The notes under the pieces were generated by a model. It worked only from the letters and a program-made list of their open reading frames with translations, was not told where the DNA came from and made no database searches. A DNA stretch of 64,000 nucleotides, taken from the NCBI GenBank assembly GCA_017407125.1, contig JAFQXE010000025.1, positions 92,591 through 156,590 on the forward strand. The letters run 5' to 3'. Position 1 is the stretch's first letter; every line of letters begins with the position of its first letter. Below, piece by piece: positions 8,510-17,514 of the stretch. A program made the position numbers and the translations under genes. Origin of the DNA: Thermoguttaceae bacterium. GTDB lineage: Bacteria; Planctomycetota; Planctomycetia; Pirellulales; Thermoguttaceae.

Positions 8510-9547
8510 ATGACGACACAATCGGAAAATTCCGACCTTCAACGTTCAGATTGTAACGAATATTCGGATAATAGCGAACAGCCTACTTCAAACGAGCAAA
8601 AGAAAATGTCGTTTTTTGGCGTTTTTTTCAGAGGCTTGTTGATGGGATCAGCCGACGCCGTTCCCGGCGTTTCAGGAGGAACGATCGCGTTAATAGTTGG
8701 TATTTACCAACGACTTATCACCGCTATTAGCCATTTTGACTTTCATCTGGTCAAAATGCTGTGTACGTTTCAGATTCGCAAAGCTCTGGTTTATACGGAT
8801 TTCGGTTTTCTTTTTCCTTTGATTTGCGGAATTGGAACGGCTCTGGTTGCGGTTTTAAGTTCGATGAATTATCTGCTTAACGAACAGAGAGTGTATGTTT
8901 TGTCGGTCTTTTTTGGACTCATTGCCGCCAGCTGTATTCTCGTGTTAAAAAAAATACATCTGCATAAGATCAGCAGTTGGGTTCTCTTTGTTTTGGGCGC
9001 GGTCTTTGCTTTTTGGCTTGTTGGCCAGCCGTTTATGCAGGGGTCGGATCATGCGTATTTGTGGCTGTTTGTTTGCGGCATGATTGCCATTTGCGCCATG
9101 GTTCTGCCGGGAATCAGCGGTTCGTACATTCTGCTGATTTTAGGTGAGTATACATTCATGTCCGGACTGGTAAAACAGACTGCTTCCGAACTTCTTCATG
9201 GACATTTTCCAGCGACGGAGAACATGATTTCTGTCGCGGTTTTCCTTTGCGGCTGCGTTGTGGGAATTATTGGTTTTACCAAAATTTTGAAAATCTTGCT
9301 GGCTAAATTTGAACAGCCAACGCTGGCGCTTCTGTGCGGTTTTATGGCGGGTTCTTTGAGAAGTCTGTGGCCTTTTCAGGAAAAGAATATCCTTCAGCCG
9401 GCAACCGAAACAACAAAAGAAATCGCCCAGTATATAAATGTTTCTCCAGCGGACGTTCAAATCGCGTTGATTGCCGCAGGAATTGCTATTGGGGCGATGA
9501 CAGCGCTTTTACTTATTGAATTTGTCGCCAGGAAGCGCGACAAATAG
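8510..9547 (+). CDS. DUF368-family membrane protein (putative undecaprenyl-phosphate translocase family)
   Basis: Duplicated DUF368 signature: GSADAVPGVSGGTIALIVG and MVLPGISGSYILLILG. The true start may be the internal MSFFG at 8606. Confidence 0.8.
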   Translation: MTTQSENSDLQRSDCNEYSDNSEQPTSNEQKKMSFFGVFFRGLLMGSADAVPGVSGGTIALIVGIYQRLITAISHFDFHLVKMLCTFQIRKALVYTDFGFLFPLICGIGTALVAVLSSMNYLLNEQRVYVLSVFFGLIAASCILVLKKIHLHKISSWVLFVLGAVFAFWLVGQPFMQGSDHAYLWLFVCGMIAICAMVLPGISGSYILLILGEYTFMSGLVKQTASELLHGHFPATENMISVAVFLCGCVVGIIGFTKILKILLAKFEQPTLALLCGFMAGSLRSLWPFQEKNILQPATETTKEIAQYINVSPADVQIALIAAGIAIGAMTALLLIEFVARKRDK

Positions 9548-9871
9548 TTCTGCATTGATATGATTGAGCGAGCAAAAAGGATTCAGAACGGTTCAAATCG
9601 GCGGCTGCATGCATTTTGAACGAGTTCAAATCGCTTATTCCAGCAAATGCTGAAATCCTGCTTGACTTCTTTTCTACAATATGAGCATAAAGGCGCGATC
9701 GTTGTGATTGTGCAAAACTTTTCATGAGAACGTCTGGCGTTTTAACCGTAGGTCAATCAGATTGTCGCGTTTTGTTTTAATAATCTGAACGTGGTTTCAG
9801 ACAGACGGAATCAATCTGAAGACGCTATGGACGATTGATGACGTTCCCTTTTTGGAATAAAGGAGTTAATA

Positions 9872-10069
9872 ATGAGTTGCTGTACTAAAGACAATACGAA
9901 AGATAAAGTTCAAGAGGAAAAAAAGTCCTGCTGCGATTCGGAGCAGACCGAGAATTTGAAAACGACCTCTGGAGAACATTCCGCCGAAGATTGTACGGAC
10001 GGTTCCTGCAAGATTCATCACACAGAGGAGTCGGAACAGAAATCTGATTCCAAAGGGAGCTGCGATTAG
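9872..10069 (+). CDS. small acidic Cys-rich protein (65 aa)
   Basis: AAAGGAG RBS 7-8 nt before the ATG and a strong hairpin terminator 45 nt after the stop. Contains 8 Cys (CC, CC, C, C, C) plus a His pair. Confidence 0.55.
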   Translation: MSCCTKDNTKDKVQEEKKSCCDSEQTENLKTTSGEHSAEDCTDGSCKIHHTEESEQKSDSKGSCD

Positions 10070-10112
10070 AAATTTGTTTTGATAGACGTCAAAAACGTTT
10101 TATGCAGAAAAA

Positions 10113-10143
10113 ACCGGGAAGATTCCATCTTCCCGGTTCTTTT
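10113..10143. terminator. bidirectional rho-independent terminator
   Basis: Perfect 11-bp arms accgggaagat / atcttcccggt (10113-10123, 10127-10137), an A-run upstream and a T-rich tail downstream, sited between convergent genes. Confidence 0.65.
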
Positions 10144-10171
10144 GGACATCACTCTCTAACAGGAGTTTCGT

Positions 10172-11566
10172 TTAGCGGTTAACTTCCAGACCGACTGTAA
10201 ATCCATGGACTATGCTGTTGCCTTTGTTGTTGTCCATGTTGATTCCCATTGCAGGAGAAGTTCCAGTAATGCTGTAATCAACCATTTCAGCGGACCGGGC
10301 AATATTGCCAACGTACATGCAGGTATAACCCATTCTCACGTTGACAAGTTGAGTAACTTGAAGTTTGGCATTGAATCGGAACTCAACAACCGGTGAGAAC
10401 AGGGCGTCTGTTCCATGATGGTTAAATGTGAAGGATGTTGAGTTGATGTATCCCGGATACCCCTGCATGCCAATGTATTCGTAATAGGTGTTTTCGTAAG
10501 TTGTTTCACCGTTTCCATCGGTAACTTCATTTTGAACCGTTTCAAAACGAGTGCTCAGGTTTGAACCCAGAACGCCGTTCTGACGGATTGACTGGTTGTT
10601 GACAGCCGCCATGAATTTAGTCTGGAAATCGAAAGTCCAACGACCAGCGGTGCGGAAGTAACGAGCGGCAATTTGAGGACCGATGAGGTTGTTCTGAGAG
10701 GCTGTATTCCACCAGCTGTCACCCAAACATCCGCCTTTGCCATAGACGTTGAATTCTTCACGGAACTGGAAGTAACGAACTCCAAAGTCCAATTCCCAAA
10801 TTCCATAACGTCTGCCGAAACAGTCGCTGGGCATGAATCGATAGGTGTAATTCAATTCAACGCCGTTCGTTTCAGTCTTGTTGGTTACGTCCAAAGAATT
10901 GAACTTGACTCCCAGTTCATCGTAAACATAAACGGAGTTTACGTCGTTTTCGTTGTCGGGGAAGACGACGCTTTGAGTTCCCTGGACGGTTGTGATGCCG
11001 TGAAGCCAGGATTGATCAGTACCCGGTTTGTCCGCAACGTCGAAGGCAACTTTGGCGTTTTCCATCGTAAACGATTGCGTGTAGGGATTGATGTCGTAAA
11101 TACTGACGCCAATTCCATGATGACCCCACATATAGCCAATGTCGTAACGGCGTCCGCAAACCCAGCCGCTGGTAAGCATGCTGGTGTCATAAGAACTGAC
11201 ATCGTTGCTGCGAATGACTTCGAATGCGCTGTTAGGGTTGACTGTAACAGTTGGAGTCATGATGTACGTATCTGGCGTACCTTTTTCCGTCTGAGTATAC
11301 GTGACAGGACGGTCTACGTAGTAAACCATTCCACGCCCTTGATCAGACCCAATTGTAGCTACTCCAGGACGGCTGATCCAAGCCGCCATAAAGTCGATTC
11401 CAAAATAGAACCCTTCGTTAGGTCGAGTTCCACCTCCATACGTTGTAGGAACGACCATGTCGAACGGTTGCATCGTTTCCAGGTTTTGTCCGAAACCCGT
11501 ACCTGCGGACGCAATAACTAACGCTATTACCAGCAGGGTTTTCAATGTCCTTAGTGTGTGATACAT
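10172..11566 (-). CDS. putative outer-membrane beta-barrel protein (BBP7-like)
   Basis: Signal peptide MYHTLRTLKTLLVIALVIASAGTGFGQ. Alternating aromatic/Gly-rich beta-strand-like composition, and a C-terminal ..HGFTVGLEVNR. Start moved to ATG 11564-11566, which has a GAGGTG RBS. Confidence 0.7.
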   Translation of the reverse strand: MYHTLRTLKTLLVIALVIASAGTGFGQNLETMQPFDMVVPTTYGGGTRPNEGFYFGIDFMAAWISRPGVATIGSDQGRGMVYYVDRPVTYTQTEKGTPDTYIMTPTVTVNPNSAFEVIRSNDVSSYDTSMLTSGWVCGRRYDIGYMWGHHGIGVSIYDINPYTQSFTMENAKVAFDVADKPGTDQSWLHGITTVQGTQSVVFPDNENDVNSVYVYDELGVKFNSLDVTNKTETNGVELNYTYRFMPSDCFGRRYGIWELDFGVRYFQFREEFNVYGKGGCLGDSWWNTASQNNLIGPQIAARYFRTAGRWTFDFQTKFMAAVNNQSIRQNGVLGSNLSTRFETVQNEVTDGNGETTYENTYYEYIGMQGYPGYINSTSFTFNHHGTDALFSPVVEFRFNAKLQVTQLVNVRMGYTCMYVGNIARSAEMVDYSITGTSPAMGINMDNNKGNSIVHGFTVGLEVNR

Positions 11567-11814
11567 TCTAAACACCTCGGGGAGAGAGTGATAATCCATA
11601 AACCAGTCGGGAGTGTTTCCCTACACTATTTTCCTACGACATCGCAGGAAAGAACAGGTTGTATTATTTTTATCGGCTCTTTACCCTCAATAGTTGAATA
11701 AGAATAATAAACTTTGCAGAAATCAAAAATTTTTTTGAAAAGAGAGTAAAATTAGATAAAATAAAACGGCGGTACAGGGCTAGAAAGAATCCAAAGAAGG
11801 CGAAAAGGAGATTG

Positions 11815-11857
11815 AGGCAATAGACAGCAGGGATTTTTAAACTAATGTCTATTGCCT
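11815..11857 (-). terminator. hairpin 15 nt downstream of the HAD hydrolase gene
   Basis: Perfect 12-bp arms aggcaatagaca / tgtctattgcct. Confidence 0.45.
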
Positions 11858-11871
11858 AATGACTTCTATTT

Positions 11872-12540
11872 TCAATTGTAATCTCTTACCAAAAGATTAC
11901 AGATTTCCACAGGGGCGTCGACAATAGCGTTGGCGTTGTTTTCTTCCAGTTCCGCTCGGGTGCGGAATCCCCACGTTACGCCGATGGCGAAAAAGTTGGC
12001 GGCGTGAGCGGTTTGCATGTCTGTAGCCGTGTCTCCAACGTAAAGTACAGAATCCGGCTTAACGCCGAGCTGATCCAAAATCGCGAATGCGCCGTCTGGA
12101 GCGGGTTTTCGAGGAGTGTCGTCTCGACCGCCGCGAACGGCGGAAAAGAGATTTTCGCCAAAGAAATGATCAATGCAGCTTTTGGTGAACTCGTCAGGCT
12201 TGTTGGAAAAGACGGATAAAGTCGCTCCCGCCGCCTTGAGCTGATGAAGGGCTTCAACCATGCCATCGTACGGGCGCGTTTTATTATGCCATCGATTATT
12301 ATATTGCGCCGTGTATTTGGATAAAAGCGTTTTGCCGAGTTCAATATTATTAATCTCTTCCGGCGGAAGAAGGCGTTTCATCAGCTCGTGAACTCCGTTC
12401 CCGACAAAGTAGCGATAACATTCAACCGGGTGAACTGGCAAACCGAGCTCTTCCAATGCCGCATTGCCGGAATCCGCCAGGTCTTCAAGCGTGTTGAGCA
12501 GCGTGCCGTCCAAATCAAACATGACGTGCGAATATTTCAT
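11872..12540 (-). CDS. HAD-superfamily hydrolase, phosphoglycolate-phosphatase-like
   Basis: HAD motif I FDLDGTLLNT, motif II SNKP, motif III/IV K..VGDTATD. Confidence 0.85.
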   Translation of the reverse strand: MKYSHVMFDLDGTLLNTLEDLADSGNAALEELGLPVHPVECYRYFVGNGVHELMKRLLPPEEINNIELGKTLLSKYTAQYNNRWHNKTRPYDGMVEALHQLKAAGATLSVFSNKPDEFTKSCIDHFFGENLFSAVRGGRDDTPRKPAPDGAFAILDQLGVKPDSVLYVGDTATDMQTAHAANFFAIGVTWGFRTRAELEENNANAIVDAPVEICNLLVRDYN

Positions 12541-12588
12541 GATTATGCAGTAATTATTGTAAATATCATAAAGATATGAGGTTGCGTC

Positions 12589-13239
12589 TTATTTCTCGAA
12601 ATAGCAGCGATAAACAGGCTGTCCGTTTTCGCGAGTTCGTTTCTCAAAATGGGTTCTGTAGTCCATCGGGTCGTTAGCTGGGGCTTCTTCAACCGGGAAA
12701 GGCCCTTTAAACTGGGAGATTTCTTTAATCAGCTCCAGAGCGGTCTGATAGTATTCTTCAACATCCGTCCAGAAGTGGAATTTTCCGCCAACGCGAAGAA
12801 CCCTATATATATTATTGACAATAATCGGATTGATAATGCGGCGTTTGCGATGTTTTTTCTTCCACCACGGGTCGGGGAAGTAAATATGAACCGCCTCGAC
12901 GGAATCGTCTTGAAGATTGGTTGTAAAGATGGGCGTTGCGTCGCCGGAAATCATCATTGCGTTGGATACGCCCTGTTCATTATTGGTTTTTGCCAGCTGA
13001 AGAGCGCAATAAGCAGCGTAATTATGAGCGACTTCGATTCCCAAAAAATTGTGATTTGGCGTTTTTACGGACTCGTGAGCCATGAAAAGACCTTTTCCCG
13101 AACCGATTTCCACTTCCAGCGGCTGCTGAACGGGGAAAACAGACTCTGCGCGCCAGTTTTCGTCCAGTTCGCGACCGTTTAACAGGTATTTTTCAAAGTC
13201 GAGTCGGTGGGTAATTCTACGTAAATATCGGCGAGGCAT
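12589..13239 (-). CDS. trmB: tRNA (guanine-N7)-methyltransferase
   Basis: SAM motif EIGSGKGLF and the TrmB block VHIYFPDPWWKKKHRKRR. Confidence 0.9.
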   Translation of the reverse strand: MPRRYLRRITHRLDFEKYLLNGRELDENWRAESVFPVQQPLEVEIGSGKGLFMAHESVKTPNHNFLGIEVAHNYAAYCALQLAKTNNEQGVSNAMMISGDATPIFTTNLQDDSVEAVHIYFPDPWWKKKHRKRRIINPIIVNNIYRVLRVGGKFHFWTDVEEYYQTALELIKEISQFKGPFPVEEAPANDPMDYRTHFEKRTRENGQPVYRCYFEK

Positions 13240-13354
13240 AGTTTAAAATGGCGAAGTTGTAAGGCGAGTATAATAAAACCGTTTAGCTGTTGAACGATTC
13301 CCGGATCGTTCTATATAATTTCAAAGTATTTTACCAGAAGCGGAAGAAATAACA

Positions 13355-13389
13355 AGCCCCAGCATGATACGCAATTATCAACTGGGGCT
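13355..13389 (-). terminator. hairpin downstream of the 13423-14610 gene
   Basis: 8-bp arms agccccag / ctggggct, with an A/T-rich tail on the minus strand. Confidence 0.4.
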
Positions 13390-13422
13390 AAGCGGAATTC
13401 AGAATTATTATTAAGAATCTGA

Positions 13423-14610
13423 CTATAATTCTTTGTTTTCAGCAGCGGATGGAACCGAAGAACGTCGCCACGATCGAATGTTGTTAAACTTGGATCGAAT
13501 CGGTATCGATCTGTTTTTAGAGCAGCTAAAACCGTAATCAACCAGATAGCCTGTTGTCTGACCGATTAATTCTCCCTGGGGCGAGTATTGCCGCGTGTCA
13601 AAGGAGACGGTTTCTCCAGGAACTGCAAGACTTATCAGGGAGGTCGTTACCATTTTCCCTTGAGAAGACTCTTCCGTTAGTTCGTTTTTCCAAACGTGAT
13701 GGACTTTTCCCATTACGGAATAAGGAAACGACGTCGGCGAGAGCTGATAAATCGAATTAACCAACAGACGATCCTCTTCCCCCTCCTTTTTCAGGTAAAT
13801 TTTGCGTTCCCGACGTAAAATCGAGGGTAAATGAGCGCAGGGGTCGCTGCGCCATGTTTTAATTTCAACTCGTTTGCTTTCGTTTTCAAAAACAATCAGT
13901 TCCCAGGAGCAGGGATAGGACGCGCCTTCGATTTCCAGAACCAGGTCGTCCTTGATTTTGAAACTGACCGGTTTCATGTCGACGCTTTCTTCCCAGTAAT
14001 TAGATCCGGTTATTTGAGGCTGAGGGGACCATTTTCTCCCATTTCCACTCAAAGCGGATTCTTTGGTCAGAGTGTACTGATCCGGGAGTATTTGAGAAAG
14101 GGTTAGCGTATATTCCGCTGCCGATAAACGGGAATTGATTCTGGATGCGGTTCCGTAAGAGTTGTCAGGACGAATGACTCGGAATCGTATCCAGGAACCT
14201 TCTGGAAATCGTCCCCAATGATGAGAGGAGGCGATTTGATAAAGATAATTCTCGGAAGCTACTGAATTGAAATCGGAGTGGAGTGAAACGTCGCGTATAA
14301 ACGAAGGGGGTTCAACCAATGAACTTTTGCCTTGTTTGGAAAGCCGATGAAGATCATTTTGACGATGCTGCAGAAATCGTAATCGCGGCGAAGGAAGATT
14401 CAAATCGCGAACGGTTGAAGCCGGTACAAGTTCGATATTTGCGGGTTCCGGAGCCTTTGGAGCCTCGCCTGTATTGGCGACATCGATATCGGTTTCTTCC
14501 ATAAACGGGACTTCCGCGTCAGATTCGATTTGCGCCGAGAGCTTGCCAGAAGCCAATAATAACGCCATAAGCAGTAATATCGACGTCAATAGAAAATGGA
14601 GTCGAGTCAT
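13423..14610 (-). CDS. hypothetical secreted protein
   Basis: 395-aa ORF with signal peptide MTRLHFLLTSILLLMALLLASGKLSAQ. No family recognised. Confidence 0.7.
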   Translation of the reverse strand: MTRLHFLLTSILLLMALLLASGKLSAQIESDAEVPFMEETDIDVANTGEAPKAPEPANIELVPASTVRDLNLPSPRLRFLQHRQNDLHRLSKQGKSSLVEPPSFIRDVSLHSDFNSVASENYLYQIASSHHWGRFPEGSWIRFRVIRPDNSYGTASRINSRLSAAEYTLTLSQILPDQYTLTKESALSGNGRKWSPQPQITGSNYWEESVDMKPVSFKIKDDLVLEIEGASYPCSWELIVFENESKRVEIKTWRSDPCAHLPSILRRERKIYLKKEGEEDRLLVNSIYQLSPTSFPYSVMGKVHHVWKNELTEESSQGKMVTTSLISLAVPGETVSFDTRQYSPQGELIGQTTGYLVDYGFSCSKNRSIPIRSKFNNIRSWRRSSVPSAAENKEL

Positions 14611-14834
14611 GGCTTTTGGCGTTGTTTACGTTTGTTGCACAGTCAGCAAAACGTCAAGACAATTCGTTCAAGACGTCTGTTCTGACGAAAAATAAAAAAT
14701 ACAGTCTATCACAGGTATCGGAAAATCAGGCGGGATAATTTAGCGAATTTAGAGGTGCGAAACCCTCTATTAATTATTATTACCGTTTTCTGAAAGATTT
14801 CAATAGGGGGACTCCTCCTCCCAAAACTTTTTTA

Positions 14835-14931
14835 AACACGAAAAACGCAAAATTGACGAAAGTCACGAAAATATAAACATTTGAATTTAAAACATTTTCG
14901 TCTTTTTTGCTTATTTCGTGTATTTTGTGTT
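14835..14931. repeat. inverted pair of nonamer (nnnACGAAA) word arrays
   Basis: The left arm at 14835-14872 (aacacgaaa aacgcaaaa ttgacgaaa gtcacgaaa) is imperfectly complementary to 14894-14931. Lies downstream of the hydrolase gene. Confidence 0.5.
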
Positions 14932-14976
14932 AAAAAATCGTGTTTCCCGTGATAAAAAATCGCGCTTGCGAAATTC

Positions 14977-15693
14977 CTAATTGCCTCCGCCCGCAATTCG
15001 CTGACGGATAAATCGGTTGACTTCTTCCGGACAGAGAAGGGCAAGGACGTGTCCGGCGCCTTTGACGATTTCGTCCGGATGAGTGTATCGAACCGGCAGG
15101 AGACGGTCAGCCGACCCGTGCAGATGCCAAATCGGAAACGGGTAATCCGCCGGCTTGTCGCGCCAGGCGCAAATCATCTTTAAAACGTAGTAGCTGCGCT
15201 TTACCGGGCTGTCGATAAGCTGGTTAAGAACATTTTGAGCAAGAAAAGTAATCCGTTTCCCTCGAACCCAGATCTGGTATCGCGCCCAGAGTTTTACCAA
15301 ATCCCAGTTGCCGTTTGGCATCCAGCAGGAGAACTTCCAAATGGCTCGGGAAACCGGCGGGATTTCCGTTCCGCCGCGGATGGACGCCAGGAGAAAACAG
15401 CCGCGAACGTCGACGCCGCGTTCCACCAAATACCCTCCGATAATCGGCGAAACCATTCCGCCAAACGACAGCCCGCCAACGTAACAGGCGTTTTCCGCCG
15501 CCCCGTTTTCCGGGTCAAAATACTGTTTATAGACGTCCTCCGCCCACCTCAGAGCAAACTCTTTGAGCGTTTCCCCCTTCTGAGGCTCAATCCATTTGGG
15601 GACGACAACGTCAACGACGTCGCTCAACGCCTGCTTCTGCAAGACAAACAAATCTTCAGTACACCCCAGCCCGGGGAATAATAACAACTTCAT
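14977..15693 (-). CDS. alpha/beta-fold hydrolase
   Basis: Nucleophile elbow GLSFGG and a late HGSAD/GAGH block. Start set at ATG 15691-15693 (MKLLLFPGLG); the ORF-track TTG at 15708 is less likely. Confidence 0.75.
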   Translation of the reverse strand: MKLLLFPGLGCTEDLFVLQKQALSDVVDVVVPKWIEPQKGETLKEFALRWAEDVYKQYFDPENGAAENACYVGGLSFGGMVSPIIGGYLVERGVDVRGCFLLASIRGGTEIPPVSRAIWKFSCWMPNGNWDLVKLWARYQIWVRGKRITFLAQNVLNQLIDSPVKRSYYVLKMICAWRDKPADYPFPIWHLHGSADRLLPVRYTHPDEIVKGAGHVLALLCPEEVNRFIRQRIAGGGN

Positions 15694-15928
15694 GTGTATT
15701 AATGGCAAAAAGATTTCTTATTAAATCCCAATTATTATTCCTTATTTTAGTTATTATGATTGTTTATGTCAAGGTATAATATTTTATCAAATGCTCATTC
15801 AATATGATTGTAACCCAATGATACATTTTTTGTAACGTTATTTGGTTACGTTTTTACAGTGAAGAAATCATTTAATTTTAAAAAAAATCTTAAAAAACTG
15901 TTCCAAAATATAGCATTTAATAAAATCT

Positions 15929-15938
15929 GTGATATAAT
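15929..15938 (+). promoter_or_regulatory. extended -10 candidate (TGATATAAT) for the island operon
   Basis: tgatataat lies about 115 nt upstream of the ATG at 16051. The region is so AT-rich that false positives are likely. Confidence 0.25.
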
Positions 15939-16050
15939 ATGAATTTAACAAGTTGCATAATATATATGTTACCCCAAAAATAAAAAAACATTTTTCGTTT
16001 ATTAATAGCAAGTTACCCGAGGATTGATCTTGACGAATTAATTACACAAA

Positions 16051-17514
16051 ATGAAATTTGAAAATGTACAACCTTCCGCAGCGTCATTAATGGAGTCTAC
16101 ACGTTCTATTGGTTACTCCCTTGAGTCTGCAATCGCTGATATAATTGATAATAGCATTGCTGCAGATGCATCTAATATTCAAATTCGATTTCTACCTGAT
16201 GAGAATTCATATATTGCAATTATGGATAATGGGTGTGGCATGACCTATAACGAATTAAAGAAAGCAATGCAATATGGAAGTCGAAGCCCTTCGGAAAAAC
16301 GCGCTGACAATGATTTGGGGCGATATGGTTTGGGACTAAAAACAGCGTCGTTATCACAATGTAAAACATTGACAGTAATTTCTAAAAAGAATTATAAAGT
16401 AACTGCTTGTCGTTGGGATTTGAGTTATATACAAAAAAAAGATGAATGGTTATTACAAATATTAGAAAAAGATGAAATTAACAACCTTCCATGTTTCAGT
16501 TATTTAGAAAATCTTAAATCTGGAACAATTGTTCTCTGGCAGAATTTGGATCGTCTTCTGGCAACTGGAAATCCCCATAGGGATATTCTAGGTTCAAAGA
16601 TGATAAAAGTACGTGAACATCTGTCTCTTGTTTTTCATAGATATTTGGAAGGAGCAGATGTACCACGTAAAATCTCTATTGACATTAATAACATGGAAGT
16701 ATTGCCGAAAGATCCTTTTTTATCGAAGCGTTCTACAAAGGCAATGGCGGAGGAAGTAATTACAATTGAAGGTCAGCAAGTTGTTATACGACCATATATT
16801 TTACCGCATATTTCAAAATTGTCTAAAAGCGAACTGGAGAGTTTAGGAGGGTCGGATGGACTCCGTAAATTGCAGGGCTTTTATGTTTATCGCAATAAAC
16901 GATTAGTTGTCTGGGGAACGTGGTTTCGTATGATGGTTAAAGGCGATTTATCAAAGCTTGCTCGTATTCAGGTCGATATTCCAAATACTTTAGATGAATT
17001 ATGGACACTTGATATAAAAAAGTCTTCTGCTATTCCCCCTGAATTAGTTCAACAAAATCTAAAAACAATCATAGAAAAAATTGCAGAGAAGAGTAAAAGA
17101 ACATGGGAATTTCGTGGTAAAAAAGAACAAGATAATAAGTTTGGGATATGGGAGCGCTTACGAACGCGTGATAATGGTTATACATATCAGATAAATCTTA
17201 ATTCCCCGATAATTAAAGAACTCTTGGCTAATTTCCCTAAAGCCAAAAGATCATTAATTGCTGTTTTTTCATTAATTGGTTCGCGTCTTCCATTAAACAG
17301 CCTTTATTTGGATTTAGTACAAGAGCAAAAAATTCAAAATAATGACGAACAAGAGAATGAAACTGTATTGCAACAGATGCAAGAATTATTATCTATGTGT
17401 AAATCTATAGATGATAAACGTAAAATGTTGAAAGATTTTTTGAACCTTTCACCATTTAGTGAACATAAAGATTTCATTACCCAAAATATAGAAAGGATAT
17501 TAAAAAATGAATAA
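16051..17514 (+). CDS. MORC/MutL-like GHKL (HATPase_c_3-type) ATPase
   Basis: Bergerat-fold motifs: N box DIIDNSIAADA, G1 MDNGCGM, G2 GRYGLGLKTAS. First gene of the island operon. Confidence 0.85.
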   Translation: MKFENVQPSAASLMESTRSIGYSLESAIADIIDNSIAADASNIQIRFLPDENSYIAIMDNGCGMTYNELKKAMQYGSRSPSEKRADNDLGRYGLGLKTASLSQCKTLTVISKKNYKVTACRWDLSYIQKKDEWLLQILEKDEINNLPCFSYLENLKSGTIVLWQNLDRLLATGNPHRDILGSKMIKVREHLSLVFHRYLEGADVPRKISIDINNMEVLPKDPFLSKRSTKAMAEEVITIEGQQVVIRPYILPHISKLSKSELESLGGSDGLRKLQGFYVYRNKRLVVWGTWFRMMVKGDLSKLARIQVDIPNTLDELWTLDIKKSSAIPPELVQQNLKTIIEKIAEKSKRTWEFRGKKEQDNKFGIWERLRTRDNGYTYQINLNSPIIKELLANFPKAKRSLIAVFSLIGSRLPLNSLYLDLVQEQKIQNNDEQENETVLQQMQELLSMCKSIDDKRKMLKDFLNLSPFSEHKDFITQNIERILKNE

